64,000 nt of DNA, taken from a virus. Each line of letters starts with the position of its first letter. Positions within the stretch are counted from its first letter, which is position 1. The stretch spans positions 32,001-96,000 of IMG/VR virus record IMGVR_UViG_3300027747_000967, one strand, 5' to 3'. The notes beneath the pieces were generated by a model. It did no database searches. It was not told the origin of the DNA and saw nothing but the letters and a program-made list of their open reading frames with translations. Position numbers and translations under genes: made by a program. Below are positions 9,976-20,427 of this stretch, piece by piece.

Positions 9976-11115
9976 TTAAAGTGTCTCTACGTTAGTGGTT
10001 GTATTATTAGCAGGTGAAACAACTTCAGCATCAACTTTAGAATATAAGTCTAAGAAAGCCATTTTTGTTTCTTCATCAAAACGATTCACACACAATGTAA
10101 TTGCTTTCATCTTGTCACCAAAGATTTTATATGACTTGGCAATATGAACAAGACGGCGAGTGGAGATAATTTCATCTGTAGCACCTTGCATATAGGATTG
10201 ACGAACAACATCAGCCCACTTTACAAGATTTTCAGCAAAGGTTACATCATAATTAATTAAAGCAGACAAAATCTTTTTCTCTGTGCGAGCATCAGGATAT
10301 TGTTGTTCAACGGTAATTGGAAAACGCTCTAAGAAAGCATCATCAAGAATTTGTGATAAGTATTTACCTTCATCACTACCACGACCTTTAGTATTAGCAG
10401 TAGCAACAATATTAAAACCAGATTTGGCATAAACCATTTCACCAGTTTTCTTATTGTAATAAGGTTTGCCTTCAAGAATACCTTGTAAACACATTAAGTT
10501 GCTTGAACCACGGTCTACTTCATCAATTAATAATACTGCGCCACGTTTCATAGCAATAAGTGTGGGACCGTCTTTGTAAACTGTATTGCCATCAATTAAC
10601 TGATAACTACCAATCAAATCAGATTCATCAGTTTCTTTTGAAATGTTTACACGGATACATTCACGATTTAATTCGGAACATACTTGCTCTACCATCAATG
10701 TTTTGCCGTTACCGGATAAACCAGTAACGAAAACAGGAAAGAAATCTTTTGCTGAAATGATAGAACGTAAATCTTTGAAGAAACCAAAAGGTACATAATC
10801 AGGATATCTTGCAGGAACGGAAGGTTCGCTTTCGTCCATCATTTTGACTTGACGTAATTGCACGACATTACCGTAAGCGACTTCAAGTTCAGGTTCTGCA
10901 ACTGGTGCAGCTTGTTTTGGTTTTGCTGTTTCACCTGAATCAGGTAATTTGTATTGGCCACGACCAACACGATATTCGTCTTTTGTTACTAACCAATAAG
11001 GATAAGCAACACCAGATTCTTTCACAACTTCAGCGATACCATCTCTAGTGAGGATTTGGTTTTTGCCAAAAATATTTTCGGCCGCTAAAATAAATTTCTT
11101 TGCATTTGCATTCAT
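9976..11115 (-). CDS. CobS/MoxR-like AAA+ ATPase
   Basis: GLSGNGKT Walker A, LLIDEVD Walker B, ATANTKG, DDAFLERF. Confidence 0.9.
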   Translation of the reverse strand: MNANAKKFILAAENIFGKNQILTRDGIAEVVKESGVAYPYWLVTKDEYRVGRGQYKLPDSGETAKPKQAAPVAEPELEVAYGNVVQLRQVKMMDESEPSVPARYPDYVPFGFFKDLRSIISAKDFFPVFVTGLSGNGKTLMVEQVCSELNRECIRVNISKETDESDLIGSYQLIDGNTVYKDGPTLIAMKRGAVLLIDEVDRGSSNLMCLQGILEGKPYYNKKTGEMVYAKSGFNIVATANTKGRGSDEGKYLSQILDDAFLERFPITVEQQYPDARTEKKILSALINYDVTFAENLVKWADVVRQSYMQGATDEIISTRRLVHIAKSYKIFGDKMKAITLCVNRFDEETKMAFLDLYSKVDAEVVSPANNTTTNVETL

Positions 11116-11142
11116 AATAAAGTTCTCATCAAGTAAAATAAT

Positions 11143-11170
11143 AGTATAACATAACCACGGAAAAAATCAA
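11143..11170 (-). promoter_or_regulatory. sigma70-like promoter
   Basis: TTGATT-16 nt-TATACT upstream of the AAA gene. Confidence 0.6.
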
Positions 11171-11379
11171 CCGTTTGTTGTGTATATACAACAGTTTAAG
11201 CAAACATTTCTTTCATTTTTTGGTACATACTTTGGTCTCTTTCATGTCCAGTCAATGCAGCCATCCTTCGAATAGCGTCATCAACTAATTTCCAAGGTTC
11301 ATCTGCGTTTGGTGTTTCCAACCAAATATAATAATCTTCTTTGTTACTCATATTTATTTCCTTTGTTTATATAAAATGT

Positions 11380-11754
11380 TTATCTTCTCATACTTGAAAT
11401 TTCTTTTGCTTCCTTATCTGTGAATACCGGTACTGCATTTGATTTGTGCATTGTTGCTACACCTTTCATTTTTTCACCAGTATATGTATTACCGTCAACT
11501 GGTTTGGTACAAGGAATAAATCCTGTATTTAAAGATTGATACTTTGGCGTTTCACGACCTGGTGGTACCAATGATTTTTCTTTGATTAATACCTTTTTTG
11601 TGGATTTTGCAGAACTTCTTGAAAATCCTTTTTTAGACAAATCGTTGATTGATTTGATAAACTCAGCCTTCTGCTCTTGTTGAGCTTTGGTCAGTTTTTT
11701 TGGTTTAGATTTTGGTATGTAACCGTATATCATCATATTCAAGACTCCTATCAA
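11380..11754 (-). CDS. conserved T4-like hypothetical protein
   Basis: C-terminal YTG...GVATMHKSNAVPVF...AKEISSMRR. Confidence 0.75.
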   Translation of the reverse strand: MIGVLNMMIYGYIPKSKPKKLTKAQQEQKAEFIKSINDLSKKGFSRSSAKSTKKVLIKEKSLVPPGRETPKYQSLNTGFIPCTKPVDGNTYTGEKMKGVATMHKSNAVPVFTDKEAKEISSMRR

Positions 11755-11765
11755 TGTAAGAATCC

Positions 11766-11794
11766 ATTATACTCTGGTTACAGATTTTTGTCAA
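11766..11794 (-). promoter_or_regulatory. sigma70-like promoter
   Basis: TTGACA-17 nt-TATAAT; near-identical to 51535-51563. Confidence 0.8.
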
Positions 11795-12002
11795 GCGGAC
11801 TGTTGTATGGAAACAACTATCTGGTACGTTTGGTTGGACTGCGTTCTGGACGGTCTGCATATAAAGATTCTTCAAAATCTCTACTTAACAATTTTTTGAT
11901 TTCCGAATGTTCATTACGATGCCTTCTATTATCGTAATTGTAATCGTCATTATAATTTTTATTTTTGCGAAACTTACCTACAAATTTAGACACCAACTTC
12001 TC

Positions 12003-12374
12003 CTATCTCATCACTTCAAAAGTAATACCACGAATTTTGGTTTCAGGCATATTATGCATATCATTTTCTGATACATATGTAATATTTGCCATTGGCCAGC
12101 AGATTTGAACAATTTTTAATAATTGACATACCGTGCCATCTAAATCGTCAAATGAATAAACTTCATCTACACATTTTAGACTTTCAATGATTTTTCTTCT
12201 CGTTTGGTAATTATGAACAAACCCACCTTGCGTATACATGAGATGATAATCTGTATGGATGCCAACAGCAAGCCAATCTCCTCTAGCTCTGCATTTTTTG
12301 AGGAATTCCAAATCTTCACCTGATAGTGGGTCAAAACAACCAGAAACTACGATGACTTTATCTTTTTTTGCCAT
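12003..12374 (-). CDS. cytidylyltransferase-like protein with a degenerate HxGH motif
   Basis: VSGCFDPLSGED...GDWLAVGIHTD...VDEV. Confidence 0.75.
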   Translation of the reverse strand: MAKKDKVIVVSGCFDPLSGEDLEFLKKCRARGDWLAVGIHTDYHLMYTQGGFVHNYQTRRKIIESLKCVDEVYSFDDLDGTVCQLLKIVQICWPMANITYVSENDMHNMPETKIRGITFEVMR

Positions 12375-12796
12375 TACGGTAATAAATTAGGAAATGCCTC
12401 TTTAACAAATTTATAATCCAAACCTCTTACACCTAAATCTTTTTTAAATATTCCCATGATAACTTCTGCTTCACGGCGTTCCATTGATTCTAACATAGAT
12501 AAAAGTAATTCGGTTCTTTTTTGTGGATGTAATATTTCAGCTGTTGGGTCGCCTTTACGGAATAGATATAATTTTCTTAAATTGCCGGCAAGTTGTTGAA
12601 ATGACATACCTGGTATTAAATCAGGAAATTTATAACTGTGGGGAATTTCAGTAACCATCCATTGATAATCAGGATGATAAGTGAATAATAATACATTGAC
12701 TAAAACTTGCGATAAGTTTCTTTCAACAACAGCCATTCTTTCTTTTTTGTTTTTTGCTAAATCAAATTCATCTAAAATTTCGTAAATATTCTTCAT
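12374..12796 (-). CDS. conserved T4-like hypothetical protein
   Basis: IYEIL...RKLYLF...LLSMLESM...EAE...VKEAFPNLL. Confidence 0.75.
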   Translation of the reverse strand: MKNIYEILDEFDLAKNKKERMAVVERNLSQVLVNVLLFTYHPDYQWMVTEIPHSYKFPDLIPGMSFQQLAGNLRKLYLFRKGDPTAEILHPQKRTELLLSMLESMERREAEVIMGIFKKDLGVRGLDYKFVKEAFPNLLP

Positions 12797-13638
12797 TAAA
12801 ATTCCTCAATTACTTCTAACAGATTTTTCAATTTATGTTCTATAAAATAGTTCAGTAAATGTTGGCGAGATGCCGGCTTTATTTCATTATATGTATTTAT
12901 AATCTTTTCTTGTATTTCTTTTGGTATATAGTCAAGGTCAATTAAAGTGGTGTTGCGGATAAAGTTTGTTTTGTCAGTATCATTATATTGGTTTGAATCT
13001 TCTTTCAAATATTTATCAAGAACAGTTTTGGTAACAGGTTTCTGTCTTAAATCACGGACAAAACAATCGGAAGGTGAGAAGATATTAGGAATACCATCAC
13101 CTTTATCACCACGGATAATCTTTTCTTTTAATTCTAATTTTGGATTAGACGATACAATATATTTCTTCAATGATGGATTGTATTGTTTAACATTAGGATA
13201 TTGCTGTAACTGTAGGAAATCACCATCACTAGATAAAATTAATATCTTCTGTGTATGAGCATGAAGTGGAACTAACGTACCAATGATATCATCGGCTTCT
13301 GCACCTTCAACATCAATGACCTTATATGGAAAGTTTTCTTTCAGTTCAGCCTTAAATTTAGCAAGCATATCAAAAATCATATGCCAATCTAAATCGGACT
13401 TTTCTCTAGTCTTTTTACGACCCGCTTTGTAAAATGGAAAATATTCTTTTCTCCAATACTTACGATTATCGCAACATAATATAACTTCACCATATTCTTT
13501 GAAATTCTTCACATGGTTACGAATAATGTTTAATGTCATATGACGAATTAGATTTTCGTCTAATTTATTTTTCTTTTGTGCTGAGATTTGTGCCATGAGT
13601 CCGGCAAGTAATACCTGATTTAAATCAATAAGTAACAT
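12796..13638 (-). CDS. rnh: T4-type RNase H (5'-3' exonuclease)
   Basis: LIDLNQV, YWRKEYFPFYKAGR, EADDIIGTL, SSDGDF, GDKGDGIPN. Confidence 0.95.
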   Translation of the reverse strand: MLLIDLNQVLLAGLMAQISAQKKNKLDENLIRHMTLNIIRNHVKNFKEYGEVILCCDNRKYWRKEYFPFYKAGRKKTREKSDLDWHMIFDMLAKFKAELKENFPYKVIDVEGAEADDIIGTLVPLHAHTQKILILSSDGDFLQLQQYPNVKQYNPSLKKYIVSSNPKLELKEKIIRGDKGDGIPNIFSPSDCFVRDLRQKPVTKTVLDKYLKEDSNQYNDTDKTNFIRNTTLIDLDYIPKEIQEKIINTYNEIKPASRQHLLNYFIEHKLKNLLEVIEEF

Positions 13639-13670
13639 AATAAACTTTCAAGTTTCAAAACTCTATTATA

Positions 13671-14009
13671 TCACTTCTCGGTCAGTTTGTCAAATAAAAC
13701 TTTAGCAATTGTACCGGAAACTGTTGTTTTTTTGAAAAAGACACCAAACCAGCCTTGTGGTAGTAATCCAGAGAGGTATTCTAATGGGTCTATTAAAATG
13801 GCTTCAAACATATCGACATTATACAATTCACCTTTTCTATCTTCTTTAAAAAGTATAATATGGTAGTTACTACCTAATTCACTTTCATCAAGTCTTGTAA
13901 CTTCGCCTTGATAATAATTACCGTAAACATCTACACCTCTGTTATCGGTTGATACACAATATAATACATCAAAGTTTTTCCCTTTGAATTTGTTCAGCGA
14001 TTCTAACAT
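13671..14009 (-). CDS. hypothetical protein
   Basis: 112-aa ORF. Confidence 0.6.
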   Translation of the reverse strand: MLESLNKFKGKNFDVLYCVSTDNRGVDVYGNYYQGEVTRLDESELGSNYHIILFKEDRKGELYNVDMFEAILIDPLEYLSGLLPQGWFGVFFKKTTVSGTIAKVLFDKLTEK

Positions 14010-14415
14010 TATAGTCCTTAATGTGTGATTTTCTAATTCGGCACATTATCCAATTATTGTAATAGTCATCTGTTTCCATTACACAACGGATAAACTGTTC
14101 TTTTGCTTCAAGATAACCACATTCACCTTTAGAACGGCAAAGATGTAATATTTCTCTCGTAAAGTTGTCCTTACCTAATGATAACACATCTTGCTTCAGG
14201 ATGTCATTACTTCCATAATAAGTTTGCCAATCTGAGTTGGCTTTATATTTTTTCTTTTTACCCTTTAACTGCTTGGTACGCATTGAGTAAAAGAACTTTT
14301 TACCAATATATTTTTTTCCATTGGAAAGATTGGTGATACAATATACAAATCCATATGAATCACCAATCATATCTTCCGTAAAATCAGAGCCTTTATGAAC
14401 CCAATTTAGTCCCAT
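13969..14415 (-). CDS. GIY-YIG family protein (T4 nrdA.1/Seg-like)
   Basis: GFVYCITN...KKYIGKK...YYGS...FTREIL...YYN. Confidence 0.8.
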   Translation of the reverse strand: MGLNWVHKGSDFTEDMIGDSYGFVYCITNLSNGKKYIGKKFFYSMRTKQLKGKKKKYKANSDWQTYYGSNDILKQDVLSLGKDNFTREILHLCRSKGECGYLEAKEQFIRCVMETDDYYNNWIMCRIRKSHIKDYNVRIAEQIQREKL

Positions 14416-14594
14416 TGTTCATCATCAATGATTTCATCATCTTCTTCATCAACTTCTTCGGTAATTGATTCAATTGTTTCACCACAAAACGGACAAAATT
14501 CGGGGAACTCAGCAGATACTAATTCTTCCATATATTCTACACCATAAGTTGATTCACAACTTAGGCATTCTCCTGTTAAAATTTTATTTGTCAT
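14406..14594 (-). CDS. small zinc-ribbon protein with acidic tail
   Basis: CLSC...CPFCG. Confidence 0.75.
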   Translation of the reverse strand: MTNKILTGECLSCESTYGVEYMEELVSAEFPEFCPFCGETIESITEEVDEEDDEIIDDEQWD

Positions 14595-14604
14595 TTCTTT
14601 TCCT

Positions 14605-15588
14605 TTAAGCCCATATATCGGACCAGTTTCCTGTTAAAGCACCTTTCGCATAATCTGTTGCTCTGTTTTCAAAGAAGTTTGTATGTGTAGGAGCATTAAT
14701 CATTTCTTCTACCCACGGCAAAGGATTCTTCTTAACTTTAAAGATACCTTTTAATCCTAAACTAATCAATCTTCTATCGGCAATATAACGAATATATTTC
14801 TTCACATCTTCCGAAGTTAAATTCTCCATAGGACCCATCTTAAATGCTAAGTCAATAAACTTTTCTTCAAGTTCAACCATCTTCTCAGCTATACTATATA
14901 TCTTCTCTTTTAAGGTATCATTCCAAATTTCTTTATTTTCTTCTATGTATGTTCTAAACAATTTAATCATAGATTCGCAATGTTGTGTTTCATCTACAAT
15001 TGACCATGTAATGATTTGACCCATACCTTTCATTTTACCGTGGCGTGGGAAGTTTAACAACATAATAAATGAACTAAAGAGTTGCATACCTTCAGTAAAT
15101 GCGGAGAATACTGCGATATGGGTTGCTGTATTTTCTTTTGTTGTATTTTTACTTGATATGTCTAAAAGATAGTCATGTTTCTCTTTCATCTCAGCATACT
15201 CCATAAACTCATTATAGGTAGTCTCAGGAAGACCTAAGGTTTCAATCAAATGAGAATATGAAGCAACGTGAAGTGCTTCTCTTGCCGCAAATCCTAACAA
15301 CATCATACGCACTTCAGGTTGTGGAAAGTAAGGAAGATAGTTCTTCACATAACCACCGGCCACATCAATATCGCCTTGTGTAAAGAATCTAAAGATGTTT
15401 GTAAGAAATTGTTTTTCACTATCAGTTAATTTTTTCTTCCAATCTTTTACATCTTCCATCATAGGAACTTCCGTATGTAACCATGATGACTGCTCATGTT
15501 TTAACCATGCGTCATAAGCCCATGGATAGTTAAAAGGTTTAAATGCTGTTCGTTCTTCTGTTATATTTAAATCTGTTTTTTTTATCAT
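14605..15588 (-). CDS. nrdB: ribonucleotide reductase class I beta subunit
   Basis: FFTQGD, REALH, EGMQLFSSF, VDETQH, NFFE. Confidence 0.95.
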   Translation of the reverse strand: MIKKTDLNITEERTAFKPFNYPWAYDAWLKHEQSSWLHTEVPMMEDVKDWKKKLTDSEKQFLTNIFRFFTQGDIDVAGGYVKNYLPYFPQPEVRMMLLGFAAREALHVASYSHLIETLGLPETTYNEFMEYAEMKEKHDYLLDISSKNTTKENTATHIAVFSAFTEGMQLFSSFIMLLNFPRHGKMKGMGQIITWSIVDETQHCESMIKLFRTYIEENKEIWNDTLKEKIYSIAEKMVELEEKFIDLAFKMGPMENLTSEDVKKYIRYIADRRLISLGLKGIFKVKKNPLPWVEEMINAPTHTNFFENRATDYAKGALTGNWSDIWA

Positions 15589-15815
15589 TTTTTAAACCAA
15601 ATTAGAGTTGCGATAATATTAACTACACAAAAATATGCATTCTGTATAATTAACGGTTTATTTTTTTCTGTTTTTAGTTGGTCATAAAGTATAACAAAAT
15701 GAGCCACCACAAAACAAGGAAAACAATACTGTATCCATGGCATTTTTAGTGCCACGGACGTACCTGCTAAGATGAATAGTATGGTAGAAACCCACTTGAT
15801 ATCAAAGTCTTTCAT
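15585..15815 (-). CDS. small membrane protein
   Basis: three hydrophobic segments. Confidence 0.65.
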   Translation of the reverse strand: MKDFDIKWVSTILFILAGTSVALKMPWIQYCFPCFVVAHFVILYDQLKTEKNKPLIIQNAYFCVVNIIATLIWFKK

Positions 15816-17611
15816 TATCCTTCACACGCAATACAATCATTACCTTGCGCTATTTGTTCCATGTCAAGTTCTTTAATCACTTGGCGTTCAATTCGTTTTG
15901 ATACTTTATCTGCTTTACCAATCTTTTCTGAACGGCAATAATATAAAGTTTTCAATCCTTTTTTCCATGCCATATAATGTATAGCATGAACATATTTAAT
16001 ATTTGCATCAGGTCTAAAGAATAGATTTAATGATTGTGCTTGGTCAATATATTTCTGTCTATCAGCAGCCAACTCAATCACCCATCGTTGGTCAATCTCC
16101 ATTGATGTTTTGAATACTGCTTTGTCGTTCTCTGACATCCAATCTAAATGTTGAACCGAACCATCATTGGCGATAATGGAAGACCAAACTTCATTATACC
16201 AATCTTCCGGTTTTTCGTTTGATATTTCAATAATCAATTCATCTAGCCATCTGTTCTTGTTAAGGAATGACCCCGATAAAGTGTCCTGACGGTACGCATT
16301 AGCACGATAAGGCTCAATACTAGGGCTAGTATTTCCCATAATGATAGACGAAGAAGCATTTGGAGCAATAGCCATAAGATGACTAAAACGCAAACCAGTA
16401 CCGTGAGCATCTGGCGCTTCGCCTCGCTCTGTTCCCAAAGTTTTATTAGCTTCATCCAATCCCTTTCTAATTGAACTAAAGATTTTATTATTGGCAATTT
16501 TTGCCATTACGCCTTCAAAAGCAATATTATTTTTTTGTAGATAAGCATGAAAACCCAACGCACCAATCCCGATACTTCTTTCACGCTGAGCAGAAAACTT
16601 AGCACGACTAATGGAATCAGGAGCGTTATCAATAAAATACTGTAAAACATTGTCCAGCATTTCAGCAACATCTTTAAGAAATAATTTATTATCTTTCCAC
16701 TCATCATATGTCTCCAAATTTAAAGAGGATAAACAACATACAGCAGTGCGTTGTTCGTTTGTTGGTAAAATAATTTCACTACACAAATTTGATTGATGAA
16801 CTTTCAAACCTTTATCTTTTAACCATTGAGGTAAATGTTCATTACTTGTATCAATAAAATGTAAGTATGGTTCTCCTGTGTGCATACGCAACTCTAGGAT
16901 CATTTGCCATAAATGTTTTGCTGAGACTACTTCTCTTACTTCTTTTGTTTTAGGATCAATCAACTTCCAAGAATCATCAAAATCTGCATCTAACATACAT
17001 TGTTCTATAATGTACATAAAATCATTTGTGATATTAACTCCATGGTGCATATTTAAACAACGCTGATTTTGGTCGCCTGTTGGCTTCCTCATTTCGAGGA
17101 ACGGAATGATGTCAGGATGAGAAATATCAAGATAAGCGGCATAAGAACCCCTACGAGTGCGACCTTGCCTATAAGCGAGAGAACTTGCATCATAAATTTT
17201 AAGATGTGGCATAACCCCTGTAGACTTATCATCAGCAGAACGGATACCAAAACCAATGCCCACACCACCGCCCAACATGGATAACCAATTAGTTTCCGAA
17301 AGGTTATCAACTAATCCCTCCGCAGTATCTTCAATATAGTTAAGGAAACATGATATAGGCATACCACGCTTACTGCGACCGAAAGAAAGAATGGGAGTGC
17401 TATAAGATAGCCAATGCTGACTAGAATACTCATACAATCTTTGGGAATGGTCCAAATTGCTTCCAAATGTTTTTGATACAAAGGCAAAACGTTGTTGAGG
17501 AGTTTCTTCATCATCTCTCATGTAACTTTCTTTTAATCTTTTAATTCCAAGTTCGTCAAATAATTTATCTCTTTCTAAGTCTATTTTAATTCCTAGATGT
17601 TCCATGTGCAC
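15815..17611 (-). CDS. nrdA: ribonucleotide reductase class I alpha subunit (short form, no ATP cone)
   Basis: PISCF, SNLCSEI, AVCCLSS, APNASSS, KTLYY, C-terminal CIACEG. Confidence 0.95.
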   Translation of the reverse strand: MHMEHLGIKIDLERDKLFDELGIKRLKESYMRDDEETPQQRFAFVSKTFGSNLDHSQRLYEYSSQHWLSYSTPILSFGRSKRGMPISCFLNYIEDTAEGLVDNLSETNWLSMLGGGVGIGFGIRSADDKSTGVMPHLKIYDASSLAYRQGRTRRGSYAAYLDISHPDIIPFLEMRKPTGDQNQRCLNMHHGVNITNDFMYIIEQCMLDADFDDSWKLIDPKTKEVREVVSAKHLWQMILELRMHTGEPYLHFIDTSNEHLPQWLKDKGLKVHQSNLCSEIILPTNEQRTAVCCLSSLNLETYDEWKDNKLFLKDVAEMLDNVLQYFIDNAPDSISRAKFSAQRERSIGIGALGFHAYLQKNNIAFEGVMAKIANNKIFSSIRKGLDEANKTLGTERGEAPDAHGTGLRFSHLMAIAPNASSSIIMGNTSPSIEPYRANAYRQDTLSGSFLNKNRWLDELIIEISNEKPEDWYNEVWSSIIANDGSVQHLDWMSENDKAVFKTSMEIDQRWVIELAADRQKYIDQAQSLNLFFRPDANIKYVHAIHYMAWKKGLKTLYYCRSEKIGKADKVSKRIERQVIKELDMEQIAQGNDCIACEG

Positions 17612-17626
17612 CTTCTAATTGTTATA

Positions 17627-18100
17627 TTAATTACCGTATCCAAATATTTCTTTTTTGTATTCTTCTGACCAATAATCGTAATACTTTGTATTTTGTAACT
17701 TCTCACGAGCTTGGATTAATTTCTCTCTTGGTTGAACAAGTATGATGGGATATTCACCGTTACCTGTATTAACACCATTTATAAAACCGGGATTTGATGG
17801 GTGGTCTTTGAGAAAGATTAAGTCTGGTCTTTTTTTTTGCAATTCTGATATAGTCTCTATTAAATCTCCATCCGTTAAATTTTTCAGTAAATTATAAAAA
17901 ATAACTATTTCAAAATTTTCTAATGATTCAATGTATCTCAGTATGTAGGCTTTACATTCATAAGCAATGCATGACCAATGTATTTGTTTTTCTTCTAACA
18001 CTTTCTTGGCAAATGGACAAATACTAAACCCACCAAGTTCATCCTTTTTCTCAGATATGCGTTGTATCCATTGTATTAAATTTTCTTCCAATTCACCCAC
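17627..18100 (-). CDS. hypothetical protein
   Basis: ICPFAKK...DHP...LVQ...L..AR..L...YY..W. Confidence 0.65.
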   Translation of the reverse strand: MGELEENLIQWIQRISEKKDELGGFSICPFAKKVLEEKQIHWSCIAYECKAYILRYIESLENFEIVIFYNLLKNLTDGDLIETISELQKKRPDLIFLKDHPSNPGFINGVNTGNGEYPIILVQPREKLIQAREKLQNTKYYDYWSEEYKKEIFGYGN

Positions 18101-19083
18101 TCCATTTTAGCTCTGAGATTTACAAATGTATTTTTACTTATAATATCTTGGATTTCATCAGGAGAAAAACCATTTATAACCATATCATTAATATCTTTAT
18201 CTTGCATGAACTCAGGCCATATTACAACATTAAAATGATTATCTATTGCGTGTTCTAATTTTTGAACAATTTGTTTATTACGAGGTTCATTATCAAATAC
18301 AAGAACTACTTTACTTCTATCTAATACATTAACAATTGATTCTAAATTAGCATCAGCAGTAGCCACCGCATTGTCTAGGAACATGGAGTCAATAGGACCT
18401 TCCACTACATATACTTTTTTATCCTGGTCTATCCTATCGAGTCCGAATACTTTATGATTATCGTCATGTAACTTGATAGTGATATATCTCAGTTTACTTT
18501 CACCGAGAGCCCTACCTTGTACCGCCACCAGATTTTTGTTTTCGTCAAAGAAGGGAATAACGAGCCGCTGGTCATTTTTTTGCAATGACTCTTTTTCAAT
18601 CCCAAGATTTTGTATGAAGGTTGAGAAATCTGGCGCAAAGTATAATTGCGAGTGAAAGTCCTCAGGAATCCGTCTCTGCAGAACATAGTTCTTAGCAAAA
18701 TGCGCCTCTGGTAACGATTGTATTGATTCCAGTTGTATCTTTTCTTTGAAGGTTGGTTTTTCTTTCGCTTCAGAAAAGTCTGGTCTAGGCGTGTTCGCAT
18801 TATTTGTTCCATCTTTATATCTCTCCAACTGGTATTCTTTTAATAAAGATTCATCTACACTCTTTAACAAATTATAAAAGGTAGTAGATGCGCCACAATT
18901 ATGGCACATATAGAAGTAATCATCCTTCTTGCGAAAGACAAAGCCTCTTGCTTTAGTTTTATTTTTTTGAGAATCTCCACAAAGAGGACACCTAAAGTTA
19001 TACAAGTCAGGTTTCTTTTGTGTAAACCTACTCAATTTAGGTGACATACGGAGAAGAAAAGTTCGGTCAATATATATACTCAT
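18076..19083 (-). CDS. gp61: DNA primase (T4 gp61)
   Basis: CPLCGDS...CHNCG zinc finger; VEGPIDS and FDNEPRN TOPRIM motifs. Confidence 0.95.
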   Translation of the reverse strand: MSIYIDRTFLLRMSPKLSRFTQKKPDLYNFRCPLCGDSQKNKTKARGFVFRKKDDYFYMCHNCGASTTFYNLLKSVDESLLKEYQLERYKDGTNNANTPRPDFSEAKEKPTFKEKIQLESIQSLPEAHFAKNYVLQRRIPEDFHSQLYFAPDFSTFIQNLGIEKESLQKNDQRLVIPFFDENKNLVAVQGRALGESKLRYITIKLHDDNHKVFGLDRIDQDKKVYVVEGPIDSMFLDNAVATADANLESIVNVLDRSKVVLVFDNEPRNKQIVQKLEHAIDNHFNVVIWPEFMQDKDINDMVINGFSPDEIQDIISKNTFVNLRAKMEWVNWKKI

Positions 19084-19109
19084 AATATGACCAGTATACT
19101 ACAAAAATA

Positions 19110-19538
19110 TTACTTTGTCAAGTGACCAGTTAGGTATTGTAAGCCGTTAGTAATCAGCCACGTTATGGTAATTACCCCACCTACAATCATCCATTTCCAT
19201 TGTAGAATTTTATTCAACTGGTCTTTTTCTTCTTTGTTATGATACATCATATCATTTCTTAAAGATTTCAATTCTTCCATTAATCTTAATTCGGTACTTT
19301 GAACTTTATCCAATACCGTATCAATCCTATCGTGGATTTCTTTAATGTCGGCATCAGTTTCTAATCTACGCTTGTCCATGTCTTTGTATATTTGTGTAAG
19401 GTTTCTGTCGTTTTGTTCTACCAATTTTTGAATAACAACATCCATTTTACCACATAATGTAGTAATAGAAACCACTTGTTCTTTAAGAACACCCACATCA
19501 ACTCTAGTTTGTAAAAAATCTTTATCGTCAATCGCCAT
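19110..19538 (-). CDS. coiled-coil protein with C-terminal TM segment (possible holin/antiholin)
   Basis: C-terminal WKWMIVGGVITITWLI; next to the lysis genes. Confidence 0.6.
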   Translation of the reverse strand: MAIDDKDFLQTRVDVGVLKEQVVSITTLCGKMDVVIQKLVEQNDRNLTQIYKDMDKRRLETDADIKEIHDRIDTVLDKVQSTELRLMEELKSLRNDMMYHNKEEKDQLNKILQWKWMIVGGVITITWLITNGLQYLTGHLTK

Positions 19539-19565
19539 TTTATTATTCTTCTATATTATATGTTA

Positions 19566-19808
19566 TTATTTATTGGTATTAGTTTCAGTAGGTTCAGTAT
19601 CTCTTTTAGCATATATCGCTACACCATGTGCACCAGCAATTACTGCGCTTGCTTGAGCAAAATCAGTTAAAGAAAATGTTACTTGGTGAAATGCATTCCA
19701 TGCCGATCCAGCAACAACAGCTAATAAAGATATTAACCATGCCCATCTTGCTAAATCATGTGTCTGTCCATCTTTGCCAGTCAATAATTGTTTTAAAATA
19801 TCAGGCAC
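19566..19808 (-). CDS. putative holin
   Basis: 80 aa with two TM segments, directly after the endolysin. Confidence 0.55.
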   Translation of the reverse strand: MPDILKQLLTGKDGQTHDLARWAWLISLLAVVAGSAWNAFHQVTFSLTDFAQASAVIAGAHGVAIYAKRDTEPTETNTNK

Positions 19809-20427
19809 TTTTTTCTCCTACTATACCTAACGCTAATGTAAAATGATTTCTTCTATCAATAAGTCCATTAGTACCACCGTTAATAACTTGACTTACTTTA
19901 TCAATACCTTGCGTATCGATTACAGAATTCAGGTTGCGTGTTTTCCAAAACCAACAAGCACTTTCTAATGCACCTTTAGGAGTTTCTAGGTATTTTACAA
20001 CTTCATCTAAGGTCATATTTTTTGTTTTTGCAAACTGTTCGTAATTTGCTTTGCCTGTCAACTGAAACACACCACGACCACGGAATTTATAACCTTCGCC
20101 GCTTGCTTCTGTACCGTTACCCATACGATTCGAATAAACTTTATTGGCAATCTTTTCTGGTTGCTTAGCAAATGGCACAGCAGATTGTAATGTAGGGAAA
20201 TAACGACCAAAAACTTTATTCAATCCTTGTGCTGTGTAATATAAGTTTTCAGATAACACGGAAAAATTACCAGACTCATGTTGACATTGAGCAATAAAAG
20301 CAGCTATTCTTTTCGGTGTATTAATTTCATACAATGGAAAAAGTTCAGTCATCGCTTGATACCAAACATCCAGTAAAACATTAGCTGGCATTATTTTTCG
20401 TAATTGTTCTTTTGTTATAGTTGTCAT
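19801..20427 (-). CDS. glycoside hydrolase family 19 endolysin
   Basis: AAFIAQCQHESG, ENL.Y, FRGRG..QLTGKANY, INGGTNGL.DR. Confidence 0.9.
   Translation of the reverse strand: MTTITKEQLRKIMPANVLLDVWYQAMTELFPLYEINTPKRIAAFIAQCQHESGNFSVLSENLYYTAQGLNKVFGRYFPTLQSAVPFAKQPEKIANKVYSNRMGNGTEASGEGYKFRGRGVFQLTGKANYEQFAKTKNMTLDEVVKYLETPKGALESACWFWKTRNLNSVIDTQGIDKVSQVINGGTNGLIDRRNHFTLALGIVGEKSA

Noticed and set aside
7812-11115. Cobalamin biosynthesis auxiliary genes
   Set aside because: No cobN or other cob genes; the pair is a generic MoxR-AAA/VWA module.
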